Shown here in pieces: positions 39,437 through 47,750 of a DNA stretch of 64,000 nucleotides. The DNA is from Capsulimonadaceae bacterium. Its GTDB lineage: Bacteria; Armatimonadota; Armatimonadia; Armatimonadales; Capsulimonadaceae. The DNA is taken from NCBI GenBank assembly GCA_965215505.1, contig OZ244065.1, positions 3,712,001-3,776,000 on the forward strand, given 5' to 3'. The notes under the pieces were generated by a model. The model was not told the DNA's origin. It saw nothing but the letters and a program-made list of their open reading frames with translations, and ran no database searches. The translations under genes and the position numbers were made by a program. Position 1 is the first letter of the stretch; every line of letters starts with the position of its first letter.

Positions 39437-39892
39437 CTACCGGCGGCGAGGGCCGACCAGCACTTCCAATGCGCTGCCGTCGGACAGCCGGTAGACGTAG
39501 AAGTCTCCGTCTACGGTCAGCACCCGGCTCAGAAGGCGCGTCTCCGCCGTGACGACCAGGGAGGCGTCGGCCAGGTCCATCGGCGTGTCGGCGTACTGCG
39601 CCATCAGCGCGCGCATCCGCGCCCGCTCGTCCGCGCTGAGGTCATGCAGGACGACCAGAGCGTCTTCCACATAGCCCCACAGAGCATCCTGTCCGCGCGG
39701 GCCGTCGGCCTCCCCGAGCAGGTACATCGCCTCGGTCAAGCAGGGCCAGGTCGTGAGCAGCGGCACTTCGGGCAGGAGTGCCATCTCAGCCAGGACGCGC
39801 GCGTGGTTGGGGTCGTTCCGGTCTATCATCGCGGTCAGCGGCCCGGCGTCGGTCAGTACTTCGGTTTCGCGTTTTGATTTGCGTCGGCTCAT
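39437..39892 (-). CDS. vapC: VapC-type PIN domain toxin
   Basis: LTDAGPL, TEAMYL, MDLADASLV, TVDGDF acidic PIN residues. Confidence 0.85.
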   Translation of the reverse strand: MSRRKSKRETEVLTDAGPLTAMIDRNDPNHARVLAEMALLPEVPLLTTWPCLTEAMYLLGEADGPRGQDALWGYVEDALVVLHDLSADERARMRALMAQYADTPMDLADASLVVTAETRLLSRVLTVDGDFYVYRLSDGSALEVLVGPRRR

Positions 39893-40179
39893 CGCGCGTG
39901 CTTCCGCGCCAGCGCTTCGGCGAAGCGGCGCCCGCCGTCCTCGGAATGGGCTTCCCCGGAGCTGGCGACGAGGCCGACGCGGCCGGCAAACAGGTCGGCC
40001 ATGCTTCGGCCCATCAGCGGACTCTCCCCGTCTTCCGTTTCTTCGTCTTCCGTTTCTTCTTCAGCCAGCCGTTCAGTCAGGAGGCGCAGGGCGACCGCCT
40101 GTGCGTCTTCCCCGTCGCGTGTCGCCCGATGCCGCAGGCGTGCTTCCGCGTCCGGGGGCAGTTCCAGCATGATAGTCAT
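39889..40179 (-). CDS. Putative antitoxin
   Basis: MTIMLELPPDAEARLRHRA RHH-like start, acidic middle, ATGA overlap with the toxin, strong RBS. Confidence 0.75.
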   Translation of the reverse strand: MTIMLELPPDAEARLRHRATRDGEDAQAVALRLLTERLAEEETEDEETEDGESPLMGRSMADLFAGRVGLVASSGEAHSEDGGRRFAEALARKHAR

Positions 40180-40236
40180 GGTCGTCTCCTTGAGCCTGTT
40201 CTCATTATGGCGCGGGTTAAGGGCCTTGTCAAACGG

Positions 40237-41355
40237 TCACTGCGCCAGTCGCTCATAAGCGGCGTACTGCCAGAGGGCGAGGCGTGAGGGCATCGGGGCG
40301 GGGGCGGAGCGCAGCCAGTCGGCCTCGAATTGGGCCTGCATTTGGGCGATGACCGCGCCGCCGTGCAATTCGATGTCGGTTTCACGGACCCAGCCGAAGC
40401 CGGCCCGTGTCCAATTGGTCGAGCCTGCGACGGCGGTCTGGCCGTCGAAGAGGGCCATTTTCAGGTGCAGGCGCAGGACGTCCCGCCCCAGGCGGAAGAA
40501 GTGGACGGAGACACCGGCCCGGAGCAGGGCGGCCGTTGCCCCGACGTTCAGGGGCGCGGCGGGCAGCCAGGGGTAGGACACGAGTGGGTCGAGCAGGACG
40601 CGCACCGAGACGCCGCGCTCGTGGCAGGCGATGAGGTCGCCCACCAGGCTGGTCCGGCCCATCTCGCATAGGGCGACGCAGACGGAGGCTTGGGCGCGCG
40701 AAAGGTTCTCGTGCAGGGCGGCGTCGGTGGGGGACTGCCCCACGCCCGTGCCCAGCAGCCGCGCCTGTGTCTGCCCCGGCGCGTCCGGCACGGCGGGCGT
40801 GGGCGCATCTGGAGGCGGCGCGGCGTCGCCGTCATCGCCGGCCTGCCGCCACTCGTCGTCGAACAGGGCCGTCAGAGACCCCGCGATGGGGCCGCGCAGT
40901 TGCAGCATCAGGTCGTGGTAGCGCGCGAACAGGGTGCCGACGTTCATGCCGCCGACCAGGACCTCCCGGTCGTCAATGGTGATGAACTTGCGGTGCATCT
41001 GGGGCGGCTTTCGGGGCCAGTCCGGCAGCGGGCGCGTGTCACTGAGCCGGACGGGGATGCCGAGGGCGCGCAGCCGCCCGTATGCGCGCCGGCCGTCGGC
41101 CATGAGGCCGGGCAGGAAGTTCCGCAGGCCGAGCGACCGGTCGAGCAGGACGCGCACCATCACGCCGCCTCTCTGTTTGGCCGCCAGGATGTCCATCATC
41201 CGGTCGGCGTCGGGGCCGCCAAAGAGGTAGAAGGCCATGCAAATGGTGTGACGGGCGCGTCCCAGCAGGGCGGGCATCTCGGCATAGGCCGCGCCGTCGA
41301 AGAGCGCATCGGCGGCGTGGGGCGCGAAGCCGGGTATGGGGTCGGAGGGAGGCAT
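40237..41355 (-). CDS. Phospholipase D/cardiolipin synthase-like protein
   Basis: Two HKD motifs: HRKFITID...GGMN and HLKMALFD...GSTN. Confidence 0.9.
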   Translation of the reverse strand: MPPSDPIPGFAPHAADALFDGAAYAEMPALLGRARHTICMAFYLFGGPDADRMMDILAAKQRGGVMVRVLLDRSLGLRNFLPGLMADGRRAYGRLRALGIPVRLSDTRPLPDWPRKPPQMHRKFITIDDREVLVGGMNVGTLFARYHDLMLQLRGPIAGSLTALFDDEWRQAGDDGDAAPPPDAPTPAVPDAPGQTQARLLGTGVGQSPTDAALHENLSRAQASVCVALCEMGRTSLVGDLIACHERGVSVRVLLDPLVSYPWLPAAPLNVGATAALLRAGVSVHFFRLGRDVLRLHLKMALFDGQTAVAGSTNWTRAGFGWVRETDIELHGGAVIAQMQAQFEADWLRSAPAPMPSRLALWQYAAYERLAQ

Positions 41356-41387
41356 ACACCTCCATACCCCGTTTAGTGCTGGGAGCG

Positions 41388-42437
41388 TCAGGACAGGTAG
41401 GGGCGGGCCGTGACATTTTTGCCGTCGCTGACGAACGTGACCGCTCCCTGACGGTCGGTGCGGAAGGTCTGGACGCCGTGGGCGTCCAGCCGGGCCAGTG
41501 TCGCCGGGGCCGGATGCCCAAAGCGGTTGTGTCGGCCGCAGGAGATGACGGCCTGACGGGGCCGGAGGCGCGCAAGCCAGTCGTCGCCGGTCGCGTTTTT
41601 GGAGCCGTGGTGGCCGGCCTTCAGCACGTCGCAGGCGAGGTCCGGGTAGGCCTCCAGCATGGCGGCCTCGGCCTCGTTCTGGGCGTCGCCGGTCAGGACG
41701 AAGCGGGTCCGCCCGTACTGGACCAGCAGGGAGGCCGAGTAGTTGTTGATGGCGGCGTCGTCGGTGCCCGTGCCGAACGCGGCGGACGTGCCGAAGGCGG
41801 GCGTCGGCGGCGGGTTCAGGACGCGCAGGGTGACGCCGTCGCCCATGTCCAGCCTCATTCCGCGCACGGCGCGGGCGTAGGGGACGCCCTTGCGATGCAC
41901 TTGGGCGAGGAACTGGGCGTAAGCGGGGGAAGGGTAGGGGAGCGTAGTGCCGTCCAAGACCGTCCCGACCTCCTGGGCGCGCAGGACGGCGGCCAGGCCG
42001 CCGACGTGGTCGCCGTGCGGGTGGGTCAGGACCAGCACATCCAGCCGGTTGATGCCGAGGTAGCTGAGGAAGGGCACGACGACCCTGACGCCGACATCAG
42101 ACGCATCCGCGTCGGTCTCGTCGCTGTTCCCGCCGCCGTCAACGAGGACGGTCCGGCCCGAGGGCGTCTGGATCAGGGTGCTGTCGCCCTGCCCGACGTC
42201 GATGGCCGTGACGCGCAGCTTCCCTGCGTCCGGGTCGGGGCGGCGGGCCAGGGCATACCAGAGCAGCGAGCCGAGCGGCAGGAGCGGGGCCAGCCGCAGC
42301 AGGCGACGCCGCGCGGCGTCCGGGGGCGTCGTGGCTGGCGATGGGCCAGGCGGGGTGTCCTGTACGGGCGTGTCGCCCGATGGGGGCGCTTCGTCGTGTT
42401 CGGGTACGTCGTCATCCGGTGACATGGGTTCCTCCAT
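41388..42437 (-). CDS. ComEC/Rec2-like MBL-fold hydrolase
   Basis: DVGQGD, THPHGDHVGG, NNYS, TGD, GHHGS, FGHP, RTD. Confidence 0.88.
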   Translation of the reverse strand: MEEPMSPDDDVPEHDEAPPSGDTPVQDTPPGPSPATTPPDAARRRLLRLAPLLPLGSLLWYALARRPDPDAGKLRVTAIDVGQGDSTLIQTPSGRTVLVDGGGNSDETDADASDVGVRVVVPFLSYLGINRLDVLVLTHPHGDHVGGLAAVLRAQEVGTVLDGTTLPYPSPAYAQFLAQVHRKGVPYARAVRGMRLDMGDGVTLRVLNPPPTPAFGTSAAFGTGTDDAAINNYSASLLVQYGRTRFVLTGDAQNEAEAAMLEAYPDLACDVLKAGHHGSKNATGDDWLARLRPRQAVISCGRHNRFGHPAPATLARLDAHGVQTFRTDRQGAVTFVSDGKNVTARPYLS

Positions 42438-42466
42438 GGGGGCGGTCAGGCTGAGTGGGGCCGAGC

Positions 42467-42650
42467 GGGGACGAGTTAAGGCGAGTGAATGAATTCACTC
42501 GCTGCCGTCGGACCTGTCCAGGGGACAGAAGAGAAAAGTCACGCGGCGAGGGGATCACGCGGGGGCGCTTGCCCCCTGCTCTGTTCCCGTGTCCCCTGGA
42601 CAACTCCTGCGTCAGCGAGTGAATTCATTCACTCGCCTTAACTCGTCCCC
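42467..42650. repeat. REPIN/MITE-like element, copy 3
   Basis: Perfect 38-bp terminal IR (42467-42504 / 42613-42650) and inner GTCCAGGGGAC IR. Confidence 0.8.
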
Positions 42651-42740
42651 ACTTGGCCTGCTGCTATCTGCCAAATAGCAAGACGCCCAGCCCCCGTTTC
42701 AGGAAGGCCGGGCGTCTCTCTGTGTCATCCGCGTCTGTTG

Positions 42741-43118
42741 TCATCCCGACCGCCGGAGCGAGCGGCACTGGTGTGCCGCCGTGTCGGCATGCGCGTGGCA
42801 GTAGTAGCCGCCGCAGGCGGGGCAGTAGTGCCGCTCCTCCGGCTCCTCGATGAGAGTGTCGCATCCCCACAGGCGGGGCGACTTCCGGCCCCGGTTGAGC
42901 GGGGGGGGGGCGGAATAGCCGAGGGACGGGAGCGAGCCGTGCGCGCAGTGGAGCGCGAAGACGATCTCGCCAGGCCCATACGCCGGGGCCGGGGGCGGCG
43001 GGGCATGGGGAACAGTGATCGGGGCCGCCTGTCCGCCGTTCAGCGAGGCCAGGAGCCGAGAGAGAGGCATTTCGAGACCGCCGAGGAGCGCACCGCTGCT
43101 GTCAGTCAACCGTGCCAT
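42741..43118 (-). CDS. Hypothetical protein with AN1-like zinc finger
   Basis: C-terminal CPACGGYYCHAHADTAAHQC. Confidence 0.55.
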   Translation of the reverse strand: MARLTDSSGALLGGLEMPLSRLLASLNGGQAAPITVPHAPPPPAPAYGPGEIVFALHCAHGSLPSLGYSAPPPLNRGRKSPRLWGCDTLIEEPEERHYCPACGGYYCHAHADTAAHQCRSLRRSG

Positions 43119-43337
43119 TGCCGTGTCCTGTTCTGCCGCCTAACCTGCGGGCGGCGCGAAAACACGAGAAGCGTCTCCATTCATCCCCGTGCCGGGGATA
43201 TGTATCATAAGAGTCCCATCATAGCACAGAAAACGCCGAGAGTCAAGGAGTAATTCGGCTAACATTCCGCGCCACTTGGCACGGTTTATGCACTAGGTAT
43301 TTGTACCGGCTGTTCGCCGCGAGAAAGGGCTGCCCCT

Positions 43338-44309
43338 GTGTATTATTCCCCTAAGATTTCGATGGCCTCCCGCGCCGCCTTCCTGGCTTTGATTCCGGTC
43401 CTGGCGGCCAACGCCCCCCAGGCGTCGCAGGCCCAGACCACTTATGTGGCCGTCGGCGACAGCCTCGCCTACGGCTTCATGGACTTCAATGCCACCCCGA
43501 CCGGGACGGCGGGCTATCCCGGCTACGCCCAGCCCTACGCCGCCTTCCTGAGCAGTCCCGGCAAGACGGTGAGCCTCGTCAACCTTGGCATCGTCGGCGA
43601 AACCACCGACTCCCTGCTGGGCAACTCGGTCGGCAACAGCGCCCTCAACAGCAACTACAGCGTTGCCGCCCCGACCTCCCAGTACGCCCTGCTCTCGGCG
43701 GACCTGAACCCGAACGTCAGCAACGTCACCGTCCAGATCGGCGGCAACGACATCCTCGGCCTGGCCTCGAACCCCGCCTTCCAGGATGCCTTCGTGGACG
43801 GCGATACGGCCACCGCCAACGCGCTCCTGAACGCCACGCTGACGCACATCGGGGCCAACTACAATGCCCTCTTGACCCAGATCAACACGCTGGCACCGGG
43901 CGCGAAGGTGCAGGCGATGGGTTACTACAATCCCTACGCCTTCCTGCCGCCGACGAACCAGAACAACATCTATCTCCAAGCCGTCTCTGGCCCTCTGGAG
44001 CAGGGGCTTAACACCGTGATCGCGCAGGAAGCCGCCCTGCACCACGACCAGTTCGTGGACCTGAATACTGCCTTCGCCGCGCAGGGAAGCCAGTACGGCA
44101 GCTATGTGCTGACCGGCGAGACGATCCCCACCGCCTTCGGCCCCCTCCCCAACGACCACCCGACCGCCCTGGGCTACGGCCTCATCGCCCAGCAGCTTGA
44201 AGCCGCCCCCGTCCCTGAAGCCTCCACCGCGCTCTCCTTCGGCCTCCCGGCAGCCCTGGGGCTTGGCGGCCTGATCGTCGCCGTCCGGCGGAGGAAGAGG
44301 CGGGCGTAG
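43338..44309 (+). CDS. SGNH/GDSL hydrolase with PEP-CTERM-like sorting tail
   Basis: GDSL, IGGND, DHP; signal peptide; VPEAST + TM + RRRKRR. Confidence 0.88.
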   Translation: MYYSPKISMASRAAFLALIPVLAANAPQASQAQTTYVAVGDSLAYGFMDFNATPTGTAGYPGYAQPYAAFLSSPGKTVSLVNLGIVGETTDSLLGNSVGNSALNSNYSVAAPTSQYALLSADLNPNVSNVTVQIGGNDILGLASNPAFQDAFVDGDTATANALLNATLTHIGANYNALLTQINTLAPGAKVQAMGYYNPYAFLPPTNQNNIYLQAVSGPLEQGLNTVIAQEAALHHDQFVDLNTAFAAQGSQYGSYVLTGETIPTAFGPLPNDHPTALGYGLIAQQLEAAPVPEASTALSFGLPAALGLGGLIVAVRRRKRRA

Positions 44310-44367
44310 CCTCCCCGCCCCCGACAATGGGGGGCCGCATAGGAAGGCGCAGGCCCCGCCGTGGCGC

Positions 44368-44504
44368 AGGCCCCGCCGTGAACGGCAGGTCTGGGGGGCG
44401 AAGCGCCGACCGCCCTGCGGGTGGGGGTGACGTATCACCCGCTCTCCCGGTCGCAGGCCGGCCGGCCGCAGGCCCTCCAGACCTGCCGTTCACGGCGGGG
44501 CCTG
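44368..44504. repeat. Inverted REP-like pair
   Basis: AGGCCCCGCCGTGAACGGCAGGTCTGG ... CCAGACCTGCCGTTCACGGCGGGGCCT. Confidence 0.65.
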
Positions 44505-44604
44505 CGCGGCTGGTTCCAGCACACGGGCCGTCCCCGTCCCCCAAACCGCGCACCGGGAAGGAAACCGGCTCCGATGCCGGGAACAATGGCATAGGAGAAC
44601 CCTC

Positions 44605-45615
44605 ATGCCATCCTCACCTGCGCCCTACTACGGTTTCAACTTCCTCTGGATGTACGTCTCGGACGGAGAGACGCCCCGCCCGCCCGACGAGCGCGCGCTG
44701 GACTTCCTGGTCCGGACCGGCTTCAACTTCGTGCGCGTCCCGACCAACTACCGCTCCTGGATCAAGGACTTCGACTATTTCCACCCCGACGAGGCCGTCT
44801 TTTCCTACATTGACCGCTACCTCGACGCCTGCCGGTCGCGCGGCCTGCATCTGAGCCTGAACCTGCACCGCGCGCCCGGCTACTGCATCAACAACAACGA
44901 CCTGGAGCGCGACAACCTCTGGCTCGACCCGGTCGCCCAGGACGGGTTCGTCTTCCAGTGGGAGACCTTCACCCGCCGCTTCCTCGGCACCCCCAGTTCC
45001 GCGCTCTCCTTCGACCTCCTGAATGAGCCGCCGAATGTCGGGCAGTACGGCCTGACCCGCGAAAACCACGCCGCCGTCATCCGCCGCGCCGTTCAGGCCA
45101 TCCGCGCGATTGACCCCGCCCGCGAGATCGTCATTGACGGCCTGGGCGGCGGCCACCTCGCCATGCCCGAGCTTGCCGACCTTGGCGTGGTCCACAGCGG
45201 ACGTGGCTACCAGCCCATGCCGGTCAGCCACCACAAGGCAAGCTGGTGGGACGGCCACGCGGCCGCCCCCGCGCCCGAGTATCCCGGCCAGGTGTGGGAG
45301 GGCCGGACGTGGGACCGCGACTCGCTGCGCGAGTTTTACCAGCCCTGGCGGGACGTGGAGGCGGGCGGCGCGCGGGTACACATCGGCGAGTGCGGCTGCT
45401 ACAACAAGACCCCCAACGACATCGTCCTGCGCTGGCTTGGGGACCTGTTCGGCCTGTACAAAGAGTTCGGCTGGGGCTACGCCCTCTGGAACTTCGCCGG
45501 CGACTTCGGCATCGTCGAACACGGCCGCCCCGGCGCGGTCTACGAGGAGCTGCACGGGTACAAAGTGGACCGCGCCCTGCTGGACATCCTAACGGAGAGC
45601 CGCGCATCGGCATGA
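44605..45615 (+). CDS. Glycoside hydrolase family 5
   Basis: GFNFVRVP, LHRAPG, NEP acid/base, IGECG nucleophile, WN. Confidence 0.88.
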   Translation: MPSSPAPYYGFNFLWMYVSDGETPRPPDERALDFLVRTGFNFVRVPTNYRSWIKDFDYFHPDEAVFSYIDRYLDACRSRGLHLSLNLHRAPGYCINNNDLERDNLWLDPVAQDGFVFQWETFTRRFLGTPSSALSFDLLNEPPNVGQYGLTRENHAAVIRRAVQAIRAIDPAREIVIDGLGGGHLAMPELADLGVVHSGRGYQPMPVSHHKASWWDGHAAAPAPEYPGQVWEGRTWDRDSLREFYQPWRDVEAGGARVHIGECGCYNKTPNDIVLRWLGDLFGLYKEFGWGYALWNFAGDFGIVEHGRPGAVYEELHGYKVDRALLDILTESRASA

Positions 45616-45670
45616 CAGAGGACAGGAAGAGGGGGTATAACTCTAACACGACACGCGGGGGACTGAAGAC

Positions 45671-46408
45671 ATGAGACAAGCCAGCTTTGCGGACATTAAC
45701 GAGGACTTCACGGCCCCGCCGTCGGGCTGCCGCGTGGTGCGCGCCGACGCCCTGACGGCATTGGCCGCCGTTCCCGATAGGACCTTCCGCTGCTGCGTCA
45801 CCAGCCCTCCGTACTGGGGCCTGCGCGATTATGATGTTGAACACCAGGTCGGGGCGGAGCCGAGGCTGGAAGATTACATTGCCAACGTGCGCGCCGTCTT
45901 CGCCGAGGTCCGTCGGACGCTGACGGACGACGGGACGCTCTGGCTAAACATTGGGGACAGCTACACAAGCGGGGGGCGGACCTGGCGCGACGCGGACAAG
46001 AAGAACAAGGGCCGGGCGATGGATTACCGCGCGCCTACTCCAGACGGGCTGAACCCCAAGGACCTCATTGGCGTCCCCTGGCGGCTCGCGTTCGCCTTGC
46101 AGGACGACGGCTGGTATCTGCGCTCGGACATCATCTGGCACAAGCCCAACTGCCAGCCGGAGAGCGTCAAGGACCGGCCGACGCGCGCCCATGAATACCT
46201 GTTCCTGTTCTCCAAGTCGGAGAAGTATCACTACGATCACGAGGCCGTCAAGGAGCCAACGGCCACGGCAGGCATGAAAGAGACGGGCCTGAAAAACCGC
46301 CGCTCCGTCTGGTCCGTCAATGAACCGCAGATGAGGCTTCGAAGTGACCTTACTCCTGAGCAGCGAGCATACGTTTTGCGGAGAATTGCCGACGAGGGTT
46401 TGCTCTAG
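45671..46408 (+). CDS. N4-cytosine DNA methyltransferase (beta class), N-terminal half
   Basis: TSPPYWGLRDY catalytic motif, LWLNIGDSY, IIWHKPN, HEYLFL, NRRSVWSVN, then a 28-aa foreign tail; no SAM-binding motif. Confidence 0.9.
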   Translation: MRQASFADINEDFTAPPSGCRVVRADALTALAAVPDRTFRCCVTSPPYWGLRDYDVEHQVGAEPRLEDYIANVRAVFAEVRRTLTDDGTLWLNIGDSYTSGGRTWRDADKKNKGRAMDYRAPTPDGLNPKDLIGVPWRLAFALQDDGWYLRSDIIWHKPNCQPESVKDRPTRAHEYLFLFSKSEKYHYDHEAVKEPTATAGMKETGLKNRRSVWSVNEPQMRLRSDLTPEQRAYVLRRIADEGLL

Positions 46409-47368
46409 TCAGATGGCACCCGCGCGAACAGTACAGAACGCCAGGACGGTCTGCTGTAAACACCTTGCCGCAAGCTTGACACGCTTGGGGATCTCGTTTA
46501 AGGTGTACAGATCGACACGACCGAGAACAATATTTCAAGGTTCGGGAGGTCGCTCTCCGAGAAACGAAAACCTTGCCACACGCGATGCAGGATGCAGTAC
46601 AGCAGGCGTCACAAACTTTAGACGCAGGGGAGCGGGGCGTGAAGTCTACCCCGCACTTTGCACATGGGCGCAAAGGGACAACAAAGGGAAAACGTCGTAG
46701 GTCAGCAATGTCGGGATTGTTCCGCAGGAAGGCTATCTCCGCTTTGCCGTGACACTTGGGGCAGAGAGTAACAAGGTTTTCAATCTTGTTGGCATGGCGG
46801 TAGTCGGTAAACAGGTGGAACGGCGTGACATGATGCACAGGCAATCCACGGGCGATTATTCCACAGTGCTGACAAGTATCGTTGTCCCGCTTCCTGGCAG
46901 CGATTCTCTGGCGGTTCCAGTTTTCGCCACGATAGCTCATATGGCCGCCCTGCCATGTCGAGTTGTTTGGGCCGCTCATAATTCCAGAAGACCGCCATTT
47001 GGCCGCGCAGGATCGGCCGCAGAAGTTGTGTTCTTTGAGGCTACTTGGGCTGCGCTCTATCGTTCTGCCGCACATGAAGCAAGGAACCGAAACTTTCTTG
47101 GAGCCTACGCCTTTACGATGAGCCTGTTGCCATTTGCCGTAGCACGACAATCCGCAGAAATGGTTCACGGACAGCCCCGCCATGTAGGGCTTTGCCTGGT
47201 ACGGTGAGCCGCATTCATCACATGTTAGGGTGATCATGCTCTATCATACGCTCTAAATGGAAAATCGTCAATGAACATCACTTTGCGCCGGGACGAGATA
47301 CCCGATGACCTGCTAGAGTTTTTCGAGGATGCTGATACGCAGGCAAAAACGGACGTGTTCCGTGTCAA
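46321..47368. mobile_element. HNH endonuclease-carrying insert splitting the methyltransferase
   Basis: Removing these 1048 bp (GTCAA at both junctions) restores SVWSVNTEAFREAHFATFP in frame; the insert is visibly lower in GC. Confidence 0.75.
46350..47237 (-). CDS. HNH endonuclease with multiple Cys-rich zinc-binding repeats (homing-endonuclease-like)
   Basis: RDNDTCQHCG...VHHVTP...NKIENLVTLCPKCH; repeated CxxCG...(F/Y)CxxxC units on both sides. Confidence 0.9.
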   Translation of the reverse strand: MITLTCDECGSPYQAKPYMAGLSVNHFCGLSCYGKWQQAHRKGVGSKKVSVPCFMCGRTIERSPSSLKEHNFCGRSCAAKWRSSGIMSGPNNSTWQGGHMSYRGENWNRQRIAARKRDNDTCQHCGIIARGLPVHHVTPFHLFTDYRHANKIENLVTLCPKCHGKAEIAFLRNNPDIADLRRFPFVVPLRPCAKCGVDFTPRSPASKVCDACCTASCIACGKVFVSRRATSRTLKYCSRSCRSVHLKRDPQACQACGKVFTADRPGVLYCSRGCHLTRANPRRQFSAKRMLAAQE

Positions 47369-47591
47369 CACCGAAGCCTTCCGCGAAGCGCACTTCGCCA
47401 CCTTCCCTACCAAACTTGTCGAGCCGTGCATCCTGGCCGGGTCGGAGCCGGGCGACACGGTCCTTGACCCCTTCCTCGGCTCCGGCACGGTCGGGCTGGT
47501 GGCCTGCCGACTGGATCGGAAGTTCTTGGGGGTGGAGTTGAGCGAGGAATACGCCTCAATCGCCCGGCGGCGGCTGGGCTGGACTAAATAG
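47271..47591 (+). CDS. N4-cytosine DNA methyltransferase, C-terminal half
   Basis: 33-aa foreign head, then TEAFREAHFATFP...VLDPFLGSGT (SAM-binding)...GVEL. Confidence 0.88.
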   Translation: MNITLRRDEIPDDLLEFFEDADTQAKTDVFRVNTEAFREAHFATFPTKLVEPCILAGSEPGDTVLDPFLGSGTVGLVACRLDRKFLGVELSEEYASIARRRLGWTK

Positions 47592-47750
47592 GTTCTGCTC
47601 CGGCGGGGGCGGTGTATCTTCCGGGGCGGGAGCGACGGTGGGGATGATCCAGGAGACGTGCCGAACGCAGAACTCTATTTGCAGGCCGGAGATGGTGATC
47701 TTGCCGTCGCTCCCGTCCAGGCGCAGTGTGAACGCAGGCCGCCCATCAAT

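Noticed and set aside
46315-47276. 11-bp direct repeat CGTCAATGAAC at 46315-46325 and 47266-47276 as excision (att) sites for the HNH insert
   Set aside because: Recombination between them removes 951 bp but reads VNEHHFAPGRDTR* and misses the C-half frame, so it does not restore the enzyme; it may be a scar or chance
46321-47368. Group I/II intron or intein explanation for the split methyltransferase
   Set aside because: No Cys/Ser start or His-Asn end, the HNH is antisense, little non-coding sequence remains for a ribozyme core, and the best junction lacks U|...G| boundaries; not formally excluded without a covariance-model search
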